Virus record (IMG/VR): IMGVR_UViG_3300010883_000022
Span: 1,251 to 65,250 of that record
Origin: a virus
Lineage: Duplodnaviria; Caudoviricetes
Reading direction: 5' to 3' (one strand)
DNA: 64,000 bases
How positions within the stretch are numbered: the first letter of the stretch is position 1; every line of letters begins with the position of its first letter. The notes under the pieces are model-generated. The model was not told where the DNA came from. It saw only the letters and a list, made by a program, of their open reading frames with translations, and ran no database searches. Of the stretch, positions 39,190 to 48,580 are shown one piece after another. The translations under genes and the position numbers were made by a program.

Positions 39190-39672
39190 CTAGATCCTAG
39201 ACCAACGATTCGCATCTTCTTCTTCCCTCTTACGTTTAAGCTTAAGCATCCCTGCGCGGCGTCGCGTGGAAGCCGCCTCCCTACTAAGCGACTGAACAAG
39301 CTCTGCTGCTTGAATATCTTGAATTTCTTCTGGAGTAGACTCACCCTGTGCACCCATAACCGGATCAAACTCATTACGAAGCTTACCTGCGAGCATGCCA
39401 CCGCCCGCGCCCGCAATAGCGCCGCCGCCCAATGCCAACCACGGAGCCTTCACCAAAAGATTAAGAACACTGCCAGCCAGATTTGCCCCGGCCTGGAGAG
39501 GACCAAAGGCCTGCTTCACAAGCTGTTCTTCCTCGGGAGTCGCGTTTGCACACCTGTGATGCAGAACGTGCGCAGCCTTGGTCCGCGCAGTGATCTCGTC
39601 TGCGCCCAAACCCTCTTCTTCGCACCGGATTAAAAAACCCGTTTTAAACGCTTCTCTTGGTGTAAGTGGCAT
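39190..39672 (-). CDS. Glycine-zipper internal virion protein
   Basis: FKTGFLIRC leader, TKAA/VKQA, ALGGGAIAGAGGGMLAG. Confidence 0.65.
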   Translation of the reverse strand: MPLTPREAFKTGFLIRCEEEGLGADEITARTKAAHVLHHRCANATPEEEQLVKQAFGPLQAGANLAGSVLNLLVKAPWLALGGGAIAGAGGGMLAGKLRNEFDPVMGAQGESTPEEIQDIQAAELVQSLSREAASTRRRAGMLKLKRKREEEDANRWSRI

Positions 39673-39687
39673 CCGTGCGGACTCCCC

Positions 39688-40113
39688 TCAAGGAATAATT
39701 ATGTTGGTATCTTCTTCTAAACCCGGCATCATAAAGGTACGAGGACGCTTCATCTCATGCTTTTGGATGTACGCACAAACTTTAGGATCCAGGGGGTCGC
39801 CTTGAGCTTTTGCCTGTTTTGCGCACGCAAGCATGCACTCAACTAACGATATCATAGCGTCCCGTTCTTGGACCGCCGTCATTTTTTTCCACTCATTTCC
39901 AGCTCTTGTTGCAATATCCCCAAGCCTTTGCGCATCGGCGTTGAACGACGATGTGCGCTCCAACCAGTCCCGCCGACTACATGTAGTAAACGATCCATCG
40001 TCTTTGTCTTCGATATAAATGAAACCGTTTTCCGGCCAAAATATCAAACTCAGGTATTCGTAACGATTCCCACGCTTTCGCGGCTTCGTGGGAAATAATG
40101 ACTTATCAACCAT
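39688..40113 (-). CDS. Hypothetical protein
   Basis: 141 aa in operon orientation. Confidence 0.7.
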   Translation of the reverse strand: MVDKSLFPTKPRKRGNRYEYLSLIFWPENGFIYIEDKDDGSFTTCSRRDWLERTSSFNADAQRLGDIATRAGNEWKKMTAVQERDAMISLVECMLACAKQAKAQGDPLDPKVCAYIQKHEMKRPRTFMMPGLEEDTNIIIP

Positions 40114-40196
40114 AAACCCAGTTCCTATATAAATATGCGCCTATAACTAGCATAACTGAATTGAAATCCCCAAGCCACAGTATACTGTGTTACGGG

Positions 40197-40463
40197 CTAC
40201 CCGGGGAAATCTCGCGGATCCGTTTTCCACTCACCCCAATCGTCTGGTCGCTCACCGTCGTCGCAAGGCTTCCACCAATCTGCAGAATCCGCATGTGCGC
40301 GCTGGCGCCTGCTATTGCGCCGTTGCGTGGCCCCCCGCATTTCTCGGCGCCGGGCCTTGGTTTCCGCAAGTCCGTATGAAAGGCATGTAACGTACATACC
40401 CAGCAAAACCCCCACAACAAACACAAGCGAAAACAAAAGAGCGACAAGTACGTTCACAGTCAT
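40197..40463 (-). CDS. Small membrane protein
   Basis: N-terminal hydrophobic helix. Confidence 0.6.
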   Translation of the reverse strand: MTVNVLVALLFSLVFVVGVLLGMYVTCLSYGLAETKARRREMRGATQRRNSRRQRAHADSADWWKPCDDGERPDDWGEWKTDPRDFPG

Positions 40464-40465
40464 AA

Positions 40466-40918
40466 TTAACCCTGGCCATCGCGTGGGGAAAGCGGCTTTA
40501 CAAAATAAATGCCGCGGTTCTCGTAAACGGTCTTCTGATCTGCTTCGTTCCCAAACAACCAGTTGATAATCATCTTGGTCACGATAGATATCACAATATT
40601 AATGAACAACATGAAAACGATGCTCCCAACCACACCATATTTCTTCTTCGTGTGCCCATATAGGTGCGCCTTTAATTCTTTTCTTGCCTGTTTGCGATCC
40701 TTAAAACCGCCGTCTCCATATGGGCGGGTAGCCCACCACTGCATAGCCTCCTGAGTAAGCTCGTCAGATAGCTTCGCTTTGCGCCCTGACAAGTTGTTCT
40801 CTCGCTTAATCCAAAATTGAACTGCAGGTAATGTATAGCCAGTAGGTTTCTGCATCATAATATCCACCTCGACATGACACGCCGCATGGGCACCGTCAAC
40901 GTATCTGTTACTTCCCAT
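40466..40918 (-). CDS. Membrane protein
   Basis: C-terminal TM helix GVVGSIVFMLFINIVISIV. Confidence 0.65.
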   Translation of the reverse strand: MGSNRYVDGAHAACHVEVDIMMQKPTGYTLPAVQFWIKRENNLSGRKAKLSDELTQEAMQWWATRPYGDGGFKDRKQARKELKAHLYGHTKKKYGVVGSIVFMLFINIVISIVTKMIINWLFGNEADQKTVYENRGIYFVKPLSPRDGQG

Positions 40919-41651
40919 GGGATTTGTTCGGAATACTTAAAACCGCTCCGGCCGCTTTATAATCCTTTTCAATTTTTAACAACGTTTCGTACTGAATCTT
41001 GGAGATGGGTTGCACAGCAGTTGTTTGCTTAGCGTACAACTCAATACACTCCGGGCAGTCCCCAAACCCCTGCAGCCCAGGTGTGGGGTGCGCATGTTTC
41101 TTTGCGTAGTGATTCGTATACATCTCAGTTTGCAACAGCGTATACGAAAAAGAAGCATGCGACTCAAGCAACAACGTAATAGAAGCTAGCTCTTCTTCAA
41201 CATTAATCGGGGGCTCCGCCTCTTCAATTGGAAACGGGCTTGCTGGAAGCCCGCGCGTAACCCGCGCCATGTCACGCAACGTTTTCAAACGAGCCACCGG
41301 AATCCAAACAATACCCCCTTTCTTAGTCCCCCACAGATCGCCGCATTCAGGACAAAGGTCCTGGAAAGACGTATGCGGCTTGGTGTAGTGCTGGGTACGT
41401 AAGTGAGTATCTGAAATAACGCGATACCGAGAAGCTATGAGTTCCAAGGTGTTATAAATCTTGGAAAATGCGTCGTCTAGCTCATCGTTATCGGCCGTAT
41501 GCGCAGCAAGCTCGTTCTTTAACGCAACATTTTGTGAGTAGAGCCCGACGCAGAAACTCATACAAAGACAAATCACAAAAGTTATTGCTAACCTAAATGC
41601 AATTTGCCTCAAATCTGTAGTAACGTTAATCCAACGATCCATGCTATGCAT
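40908..41651 (-). CDS. Membrane-anchored protein with two His/Cys repeats
   Basis: TM helix, coiled coil, HYTKPH...CPEC and HYAKKH...CPEC. Confidence 0.7.
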   Translation of the reverse strand: MHSMDRWINVTTDLRQIAFRLAITFVICLCMSFCVGLYSQNVALKNELAAHTADNDELDDAFSKIYNTLELIASRYRVISDTHLRTQHYTKPHTSFQDLCPECGDLWGTKKGGIVWIPVARLKTLRDMARVTRGLPASPFPIEEAEPPINVEEELASITLLLESHASFSYTLLQTEMYTNHYAKKHAHPTPGLQGFGDCPECIELYAKQTTAVQPISKIQYETLLKIEKDYKAAGAVLSIPNKSHGK

Positions 41652-41668
41652 CCTTGCAGCAGGAGTAG

Positions 41669-42013
41669 TTAGGACACAACTTTGAGTGTTGCGTCCGGTA
41701 AACCGTCAATTTCAATGACGATCTTTTCTTCGGAGATCAGTGCGCCAACAATATCCCCCTTCAACCAACCTGATAAGTTCACCCGGGGAAGCGTTCCGTT
41801 CAGTGTAATCTTTAACTTAGTAGGAGTATCTTCCAAAATAGAAAGATCAAGATTCAAAACTTCAGGACCTTCGATAGTCACACGCTTTCCAATCCTAACC
41901 CCGTTGCCGCTCATAATAGATTGCAACTTCCCAATAACCTCTCTGATCGTATCTTTGCCTCCTTCAATATCTGGTAATTTAGGTCCAAATCCATGCCGCT
42001 CGTCACTAAACAT
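41669..42013 (-). CDS. Hypothetical protein
   Basis: 114 aa, SD GAGGA. Confidence 0.7.
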   Translation of the reverse strand: MFSDERHGFGPKLPDIEGGKDTIREVIGKLQSIMSGNGVRIGKRVTIEGPEVLNLDLSILEDTPTKLKITLNGTLPRVNLSGWLKGDIVGALISEEKIVIEIDGLPDATLKVVS

Positions 42014-42016
42014 TAC

Positions 42017-42484
42017 TCATCCTCTTAGGCCTAGGAATAGTCGACTCAACCAACTACTGTTTTTCATAGCTTGCATATACGCTTTCTTTTGCTGCGCACG
42101 AGTTAACAGCACTGGGCAGGAACACTTGCCGTGCTTTTCCTCGCATGCACAGTAATACCCAGGGGAATCACACTTACACTTGTGCGCAGCAGGGGCGTCT
42201 GCTCCGTGGTACGGACACTCAGTTGTGTGCCCATCACCATGGGTAATAACGCCCGTACCCTTACATGGGCACTTATCCTTGTCAGGATGTGGAACAAGAT
42301 CCGGAACATCTACGGGATCTTTCGTGGCCAGGGAGGAAACCCCAAGCTGTACCGAGATCGTCGGCACCCAGTTTATACAAGAAGACCTCGGAACAGCTAT
42401 AGGAACTGCTGCAGATGGTGCTATCGCAGAAAATACGCCAAAGGCCACTGCAACACCAGTAAAAACTATTGCTGAATTACGCAT
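42017..42484 (-). CDS. Secreted/membrane Cys-rich protein
   Basis: Signal-like N-terminus; CPCKGTG...CPYH; CKC...CAC...CSC. Confidence 0.7.
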   Translation of the reverse strand: MRNSAIVFTGVAVAFGVFSAIAPSAAVPIAVPRSSCINWVPTISVQLGVSSLATKDPVDVPDLVPHPDKDKCPCKGTGVITHGDGHTTECPYHGADAPAAHKCKCDSPGYYCACEEKHGKCSCPVLLTRAQQKKAYMQAMKNSSWLSRLFLGLRG

Positions 42485-42500
42485 GTTAACGTCTCCATGT

Positions 42501-42671
42501 CTACGTATGCATCAAACGAAGCATCGCCAAGCTATGCCGCAATGATTCATTATCACTGTGCGCACCTACTTCTTCATCAAGCCGCTTAAACAGTTCACGT
42601 GCTACGTCTACACTAATATACTCACGAACTATCTTAGCAATCTGCTGCGCTTCCACATTTGTGGTTGGCAT
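42501..42671 (-). CDS. Hypothetical 56-aa protein (MPTTNVEAQQ...)
   Basis: Read manually; fills the gap on the coding strand. Confidence 0.6.
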   Translation of the reverse strand: MPTTNVEAQQIAKIVREYISVDVARELFKRLDEEVGAHSDNESLRHSLAMLRLMHT

Positions 42672-42696
42672 TTAATTGATCCAATCATCGCACGAG

Positions 42697-43638
42697 TTAA
42701 CCCCACAACGAACCGCCATAATCAGGCAGTTTACGCGGTGGGAAACCATCTACACTAGAAAAGACCCACGTACCCCGAGCCTTAATCATTTGTTCAACAG
42801 TACGCTTCTTCACCCAAAAACTACCTTCAGGCTGGTCAAAAGAGCGGGGGCCGCCGTTCCAATGCCCCCAACTATTCTGCACCAATATCCCAGGACCGCC
42901 ACTTTGTTTCGTGTCGTTGCAAGCAATGAAGGTCATTGCGTGGTTCCACCCGCCCTTCAATTTAGCGTACCCGTCGGCATCCCGCCGAGACGAGAACCCG
43001 ATACCACTACAGACTGTCATCGCGTAGCCATTAGCAAGCGCGTCCCTGGCCTCTTCCCAGGATGTCACCAGAGAAACAGTGCGCACCTGATGCTTCTGCC
43101 CCTCCGTACTAACTTCCGAAGGAACACCCCTGCGCCCCCACTTATCCCCAGTAGCGCTGTCGTATACCGAGAAATCAACAAACCCATAGTCTTTGCGCAG
43201 AAGGATGCCGCCCTCATCATGCACAAATCGCGCCGCCGCTGAACAGGACATGCCCTGCCCGCCGTGGCCTCGCGCACCATAAATAGCCTCAGTGGCGCCC
43301 CTGCAGATAAACTCCTCGGGCTCGTTATCAACATCGATCTCTACAGCACGAGTAACATCAACCGCATTACGCGTTGCGTGGCTTACACAATCACCGGTTG
43401 TCTGGCTTTCTGCGGGGCCAAACCCCGCATCAAACTTTACTAAGGATTTGAACGGTAAAGAGATCTTTCCTTTGCCACTTTCTTCAAGTGCGTGCGCTGC
43501 AGCGCCAAAAACAGGATGCGGAAGCTCACCAAGCAATCGAGCCACATCCTCAGGATTGCACTTAGAACCAACAAAACCTTCGGAATAAGCCTTCCAAAGA
43601 TTGCGCGGCGTCGGATTTACAGGAAATTCTAAAGACAT
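42697..43638 (-). CDS. Papain-like (C1) cysteine peptidase
   Basis: QTTGDCVSHA (Gln/Cys), WNHAM (His), QNSWG (Asn). Confidence 0.88.
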   Translation of the reverse strand: MSLEFPVNPTPRNLWKAYSEGFVGSKCNPEDVARLLGELPHPVFGAAAHALEESGKGKISLPFKSLVKFDAGFGPAESQTTGDCVSHATRNAVDVTRAVEIDVDNEPEEFICRGATEAIYGARGHGGQGMSCSAAARFVHDEGGILLRKDYGFVDFSVYDSATGDKWGRRGVPSEVSTEGQKHQVRTVSLVTSWEEARDALANGYAMTVCSGIGFSSRRDADGYAKLKGGWNHAMTFIACNDTKQSGGPGILVQNSWGHWNGGPRSFDQPEGSFWVKKRTVEQMIKARGTWVFSSVDGFPPRKLPDYGGSLWG

Positions 43639-43657
43639 ACGGTTACCTCCAGTAGTC

Positions 43658-44128
43658 TTACTTTACCACGTCTATAGTCATATTCTGAACATTACTAGTA
43701 ACCCGCGTAACCCGGGTTACTCCCATACGAAAAAGAGTTGCTTCAAGCCAGGGAAAACTCAGGGAAATATGATGAAAATTGCCGGGATAATCCTGCCCCC
43801 CGTTAATGATCTTTGACAATCTTTCCCAACTTATCTCACCTGACTTTGCTTGATGAAAATACGTCGTACATATCTTCTCTATATCCGGAGTCTTGATAAG
43901 CAAACGGCCGCCCGGTCGTAAAACTCGCAGCCACTCGGCTAATGCTTTCTCATACTCATAAATACTGAAATGCTCAATAATGTCGAGCGCTACAACTTCA
44001 TCCACACTCTCGTCAGCATAATCCAGATTCCGCACATCTCCGCGCACAACACCGGGAATGTCCCGCTCATCTATGTTGATATACCCTTCCTTGATGTCAG
44101 GGCCGCAGCCCACGTTAAGCTTAAGCAT
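43658..44128 (-). CDS. Class I SAM-dependent methyltransferase
   Basis: LNVGCG, DIIEHF, RVLRPGG. Confidence 0.88.
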   Translation of the reverse strand: MLKLNVGCGPDIKEGYINIDERDIPGVVRGDVRNLDYADESVDEVVALDIIEHFSIYEYEKALAEWLRVLRPGGRLLIKTPDIEKICTTYFHQAKSGEISWERLSKIINGGQDYPGNFHHISLSFPWLEATLFRMGVTRVTRVTSNVQNMTIDVVK

Positions 44129-44130
44129 GC

Positions 44131-44790
44131 TTACAATCCCCCCAAGTACTGATCTCCGGGGATCTCCTTATGCGGTTGCCAGGTGCTATCGCCCCGTCTC
44201 CAACCTATATGTAACGTAGTTCCCGGCAAAACGTAAAAAGAAAAAGCGCTATCAAGACGAGCCATAGCCCCGATAATGTGCCAATCATATTGCTGATTTC
44301 GCGGTAGTGGGCGTAATTTCTGCCAATCTTCAGTGCGCATCACAGCTGTACCAGCAGTGCATTTCTTCTTAATGATCCACTCACGACCATGCACTGTAGT
44401 GCGCCCGACCTCTGCATGGTCTGTACTGTTATGACCTTTAGCTAGAAAACACGATGGGTTCTCTTTGAGCATTCTGATGTAAGTGCTAAGCGGCTCTAAA
44501 TACATGAAATCATGGTCGGTAGTAAGGATGTACTTATACAACTCATCGACGTTATCAGGGATGGCGTCTTGATACCCGCCGCCAATATTTCTATTGGTGT
44601 CGAAAAGGGTTTTCTCCACACCTTCTATGTTATTGATAACAGAAACTGTCTCAGCATTTGATCCGTTATCAATAATATGAATGTCTGCCGTAATAACATC
44701 CTCAGCAATGCGCGCCTTTAATGACTCCACCGTCTGCACTAGAAAGTCCGGGCGATTCCAGGAGATGACGTAGATACCTAAATCCTTCAC
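44131..44790 (-). CDS. GT2-like glycosyltransferase
   Basis: VISWNRP, IIDNGS, TDHD. Confidence 0.78.
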   Translation of the reverse strand: MKDLGIYVISWNRPDFLVQTVESLKARIAEDVITADIHIIDNGSNAETVSVINNIEGVEKTLFDTNRNIGGGYQDAIPDNVDELYKYILTTDHDFMYLEPLSTYIRMLKENPSCFLAKGHNSTDHAEVGRTTVHGREWIIKKKCTAGTAVMRTEDWQKLRPLPRNQQYDWHIIGAMARLDSAFSFYVLPGTTLHIGWRRGDSTWQPHKEIPGDQYLGGL

Positions 44791-45386
44791 GGTAAAGTCC
44801 TATCCACCAAGTGAGCTTGAAACGCTTCAAACCGCTCACAAAGTTCAAAAGGACCCCTATGATACATGCGCGGTGGATACGCATAACAATTACTAATCTG
44901 ATCATCTGCCAACAATCGCACTAGCTCTATACTACTGTGAACAAACCCCGGAAGGATGCAACTAAGCCGCCCATACAGATCAAACGAGGTATCAGCTGCG
45001 AAGACAGGGTAGGTCGTCTTACTAATGATGGGGCCTGCGTCAAAATTCTCCACCATCTTGTGAAAAGTGATGCCCTGCTCCCTATCCCCGTTAACAAGCG
45101 TGTGCGCCAAGATATCCAGGCCCCCATAATCAGGAAGAAGGCCGGTGTGCACGTTGTACGCGTTCTCGATGTCAACCAGTTTGCGATCCCACTGAATTGA
45201 CAACTTGATGTCGTGCTCAACATCAAAACTATCTAATACAGGTAACGAGATGTTCCCCGGGAATGCCGGACTTCTAGACGGGACATAGCCCACCAAGTTA
45301 TAGAAGCCCGCGAGGTGCTCAACCACAAGTTCGGTGAGATAAGATGATCCCAGGATGATTATTTTGTAATCCATTACTAACTCCAC
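44787..45386 (-). CDS. Sugar N-formyltransferase (Fmt-like)
   Basis: NVHTGLLPDYGG, GITFHKM..FDAGPII. Confidence 0.85.
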   Translation of the reverse strand: MELVMDYKIIILGSSYLTELVVEHLAGFYNLVGYVPSRSPAFPGNISLPVLDSFDVEHDIKLSIQWDRKLVDIENAYNVHTGLLPDYGGLDILAHTLVNGDREQGITFHKMVENFDAGPIISKTTYPVFAADTSFDLYGRLSCILPGFVHSSIELVRLLADDQISNCYAYPPRMYHRGPFELCERFEAFQAHLVDRTLP

Positions 45387-45390
45387 GCAA

Positions 45391-46515
45391 CTACCAACCC
45401 TCTTTTATACAGTCAACGATATGCTGACGATCCTCGTCGCTTACCCACCAACCACAAGGAATACAAATCATGTCCTGACTAAGTATATCCATACTTGGCA
45501 GCGCCGCACGAAACTCTTTAAGACAATGATGCTTATCGTTTCGATCGTGCACCTGACTAACACCAATGCCGCACCCCTTCATCTTTTTAACGAAGCCCGG
45601 ACGGCCGCTCACGCGCAGTGTATACACCCAGTACGATGATGACCTATCTGAACTAGTTTCCAGCAGCTGAACACCAGGAGTACCAGCCAACTGCTCATCG
45701 AAAAACTGCCCGTTACTGCGATGATGTGCCACCAACTCAGAAACATGCGGAAAGTTACACAAACCAATAGAGGCGTTCACATCATTCATATGATACTTGA
45801 ACCCCCACTCCTCGATATTCTGCTCGCAGCGGAAATCAAGGCTTCGAGTCCTATCCAACCCGTACCACCGCAACCTTTTTGCGCGCTGATGCTCTTCATA
45901 GCTCGGTGACACAAGTAAGCCACCGTCTACCGTCGTGAAGTGCTTGATAGCCTGGAAGCTGAAGCAGCACGCATTCCCATGATTGCCCAGCAGCTTATCC
46001 TTGTACGTTGCGCCCCACGCATGTGCACAGTCTTCTATGACTGTAGGATAAAACCCGTAAAGATCCTGACAACGAATCTGCAGTTCCTTAAGTGCATCCA
46101 AATCACAGGGGTACCCACCCCAGTGCACAACCATGATAGCCTTGGTCTTAGGACTCAGCTTCCTAGCCAAATCATTTAAACACATATTACAAGTGCCCGG
46201 ATCAACGTCGACCCAGCGAAGGCGCGCCCCTGTTGCAAGGATCGCAAAGTTGGTGGCTGTGCAGGTCAACGGAGTAGTTAGCACCTCGTCGTCCGGCCCC
46301 AGGTCACACATGTGCGCAGCAAGCGTTAACGCCGATGTGCCGCTGTTAAGCGTATTCAAATACGGCGTACCCAGGTAATCAGACAACGTAACTTCAAACT
46401 CTTCTACCCGAGGCCCCTGCCCAATATATCCGGACAAAAGCGTATCAGAGACTGCGCTCGAAACGTCCTCCGACATAAAAACTTTGAACAAGGGAATATT
46501 CTTTTCCGACGCCAC
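45391..46515 (-). CDS. DegT/DnrJ/EryC1/StrS PLP sugar aminotransferase
   Basis: NSGTSAL, IEDCAHA, FSFQAIKHFTTVDGG. Confidence 0.93.
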   Translation of the reverse strand: MASEKNIPLFKVFMSEDVSSAVSDTLLSGYIGQGPRVEEFEVTLSDYLGTPYLNTLNSGTSALTLAAHMCDLGPDDEVLTTPLTCTATNFAILATGARLRWVDVDPGTCNMCLNDLARKLSPKTKAIMVVHWGGYPCDLDALKELQIRCQDLYGFYPTVIEDCAHAWGATYKDKLLGNHGNACCFSFQAIKHFTTVDGGLLVSPSYEEHQRAKRLRWYGLDRTRSLDFRCEQNIEEWGFKYHMNDVNASIGLCNFPHVSELVAHHRSNGQFFDEQLAGTPGVQLLETSSDRSSSYWVYTLRVSGRPGFVKKMKGCGIGVSQVHDRNDKHHCLKEFRAALPSMDILSQDMICIPCGWWVSDEDRQHIVDCIKEGW

Positions 46516-46517
46516 AA

Positions 46518-47405
46518 CTACGCCCCTCCCAAGATATGAAAACCACCGGAATCCCGCTCACAAGTAGATGCCGGCGCAAGTCCCAACAACTGCCCGCGTT
46601 CAAGTTGAACCTGATGACCCATGATTGCGCCTATGGGTAATTCAGCCGGAGCAAACACAAGTGGGCGCGGTATAAGAGAGTTATCCAAGTAGATAATGTT
46701 CTTCTCAGCCGTTGTCGGATTCCTCGTACAATGCATAAAAGAAATACAATAATCAGCAGACATGCTGCGGATACTCAGTCCTTTATTAGCAAAAGATCTT
46801 AAGTATCCCACCTGTGTCGCCGGGCCCTCCCGCATAACATCTGGCGGTAGATGGAAAGAACCACCGTACTTGTTAAATAGGTCAACGTTAATAAGCCCAA
46901 TAGAGCAAGCAGCATGCGGTCCCCACTTAGAAGGATCCAACCAATGTCCAACACAGATTAAAACTGATTCCTTATCTACATCAGTTGAATAGCTGTAGGA
47001 CAACCATTCCTTGTCAAAGCCACGCATGACTGGAAGATAGTCATCTTCAAAAAGAAATGCGAAGTTAATACCTTCACAATGTTGCTGAAGCGCGAGATTC
47101 CACCCACCGTAAGACCAGTGCGCGGGATTTTGCTTACTAAAAACAACGGTCGGGATGCCCGTTTCCTGCTCAAAAGCAGCAGCCTTATCCTCCAAGAGAA
47201 GGAAGTGCTCTTCGTGGCCCGGGTCTAGACTGCAAACAAGGACTACCTTGTCCAGACAAGTGGCATATCTACGAAGAGCCTCGAGATACGTATCCGCGTG
47301 GCAACGTGCATGACTGTGATTAACACGATTGTGCGCGCCATCATATGACTCTGGCCTACCAAAATAGACCGCACAAATATACGCCACACGGTTTCCTTGC
47401 CACAT
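46518..47405 (-). CDS. Putative glycosyltransferase-like protein
   Basis: SYGGW, FLFEDDY; glycan cassette context. Confidence 0.55.
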   Translation of the reverse strand: MWQGNRVAYICAVYFGRPESYDGAHNRVNHSHARCHADTYLEALRRYATCLDKVVLVCSLDPGHEEHFLLLEDKAAAFEQETGIPTVVFSKQNPAHWSYGGWNLALQQHCEGINFAFLFEDDYLPVMRGFDKEWLSYSYSTDVDKESVLICVGHWLDPSKWGPHAACSIGLINVDLFNKYGGSFHLPPDVMREGPATQVGYLRSFANKGLSIRSMSADYCISFMHCTRNPTTAEKNIIYLDNSLIPRPLVFAPAELPIGAIMGHQVQLERGQLLGLAPASTCERDSGGFHILGGA

Positions 47406-47407
47406 AC

Positions 47408-47893
47408 TTAAGGGGCTCCATTTTTAATACTCCACGCAATTGCGCGAAATATGTTAACAGCTGCCGCCCGCTTCTCCGCAGACAGCTGAACATCTTCGAG
47501 CCCCAAATGCTCCTCGAGAACCGCGTCCTTTACTGCACCGAACCCAGGGTACTTACCAACAAGTTCCGTACGCTGCAACATCAGCTTCTCTGCCCGCATA
47601 AAGCCTTCTCGGATCGTGCCGGTTGTCTTTATGATATCAGTGTCACGATCGATGACGTCCGCAAAGTCGGCATAAAACTGCGCAGTGTCAGCGGCATCTA
47701 CGGGATCAGAAATAAGACCCCGTAAAGCTTTCGTGGCCTCTTTAAGCTCTGCAGTCGGCTCAGCTATTTCCGTACGATAGTGCCCATCATGCAAAGCCGG
47801 GGGCGGATCAGGCTCCGAGTTCCTGGGAAACAAACAACCCGGGCACGTCAAAACAACCAACAACAATAACGACATAGTATTGCGTAGCATCAT
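47408..47893 (-). CDS. Predicted lipoprotein
   Basis: LLLLVVLTCPGC lipobox-like N-terminus followed by a Pro linker. Confidence 0.65.
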   Translation of the reverse strand: MMLRNTMSLLLLVVLTCPGCLFPRNSEPDPPPALHDGHYRTEIAEPTAELKEATKALRGLISDPVDAADTAQFYADFADVIDRDTDIIKTTGTIREGFMRAEKLMLQRTELVGKYPGFGAVKDAVLEEHLGLEDVQLSAEKRAAAVNIFRAIAWSIKNGAP

Positions 47894-48303
47894 AAGAAAA
47901 AGACTCCCTGCTCTTTACCTGCGGGCGGGTCGACGGAACCTTCCGCCACAGGTTCTCGCTTGGTTATAGTAGCGCCGCCCTGCATCACCAACCGCAGCGT
48001 TGCCATCACCTCATGATTAGCTTGCATACGTTCCGCAAGACGATGCAGCGCACTCAGATCCTTCCGCGCCTCAGCATCAATAAACTGAGAATCAAAAGAA
48101 ACTACTTGCGAATCTAGGACAGGACGCAGTGTAAGCCCCCAACACACAGCGGCCACGCCAGCAGCTATACACGCGCCGGCCTGCGCCAACCAAGTAGCTG
48201 TGGGGACGTCACCACCAGCCCTAACAGCAATGGCGATTACCGCGTAGTTTACAAGAACAACTCCAACAACCATCAGCAGTGGAGACAGTCTCTTTTTAGA
48301 CAT
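47890..48303 (-). CDS. Two-TM membrane protein
   Basis: Two N-terminal hydrophobic helices. Confidence 0.65.
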   Translation of the reverse strand: MSKKRLSPLLMVVGVVLVNYAVIAIAVRAGGDVPTATWLAQAGACIAAGVAAVCWGLTLRPVLDSQVVSFDSQFIDAEARKDLSALHRLAERMQANHEVMATLRLVMQGGATITKREPVAEGSVDPPAGKEQGVFFL

Positions 48304-48324
48304 TAACGCACTTTCCTTTGATTC

Positions 48325-48561
48325 CTAAACCGTCGGTGTGACGGGCTTGTTACTTGCAATAAACTTGCGAACAAAGTTAGCGGCCACAGCCCATCCAGCT
48401 GCAACAATAGGAGTCCACAGACCAAAATCGGTGCCAGAAACCCATTCGCTACCATACGTAAGCGCCGCACCTGCAAGTGCGATCAACATACCCTTACCAA
48501 GCTTCGTCAAATCGACTGAATTAATTGAGAAGCTACCGCTTCCATCACTAGGAACTGCCAT
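48325..48561 (-). CDS. Putative holin
   Basis: Start MAVPSD after AAGGAG; 78 aa, 2 TM helices, basic C-terminus. Confidence 0.55.
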   Translation of the reverse strand: MAVPSDGSGSFSINSVDLTKLGKGMLIALAGAALTYGSEWVSGTDFGLWTPIVAAGWAVAANFVRKFIASNKPVTPTV

Positions 48562-48580
48562 TTGAAGATCTCCTTGACTA

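Noticed and set aside
16090-40190. A phage-specific late promoter from TATAG/TATAAG-like words near 16095, 29270 and 40142
   Set aside because: Too short and inconsistent to define a motif by eye
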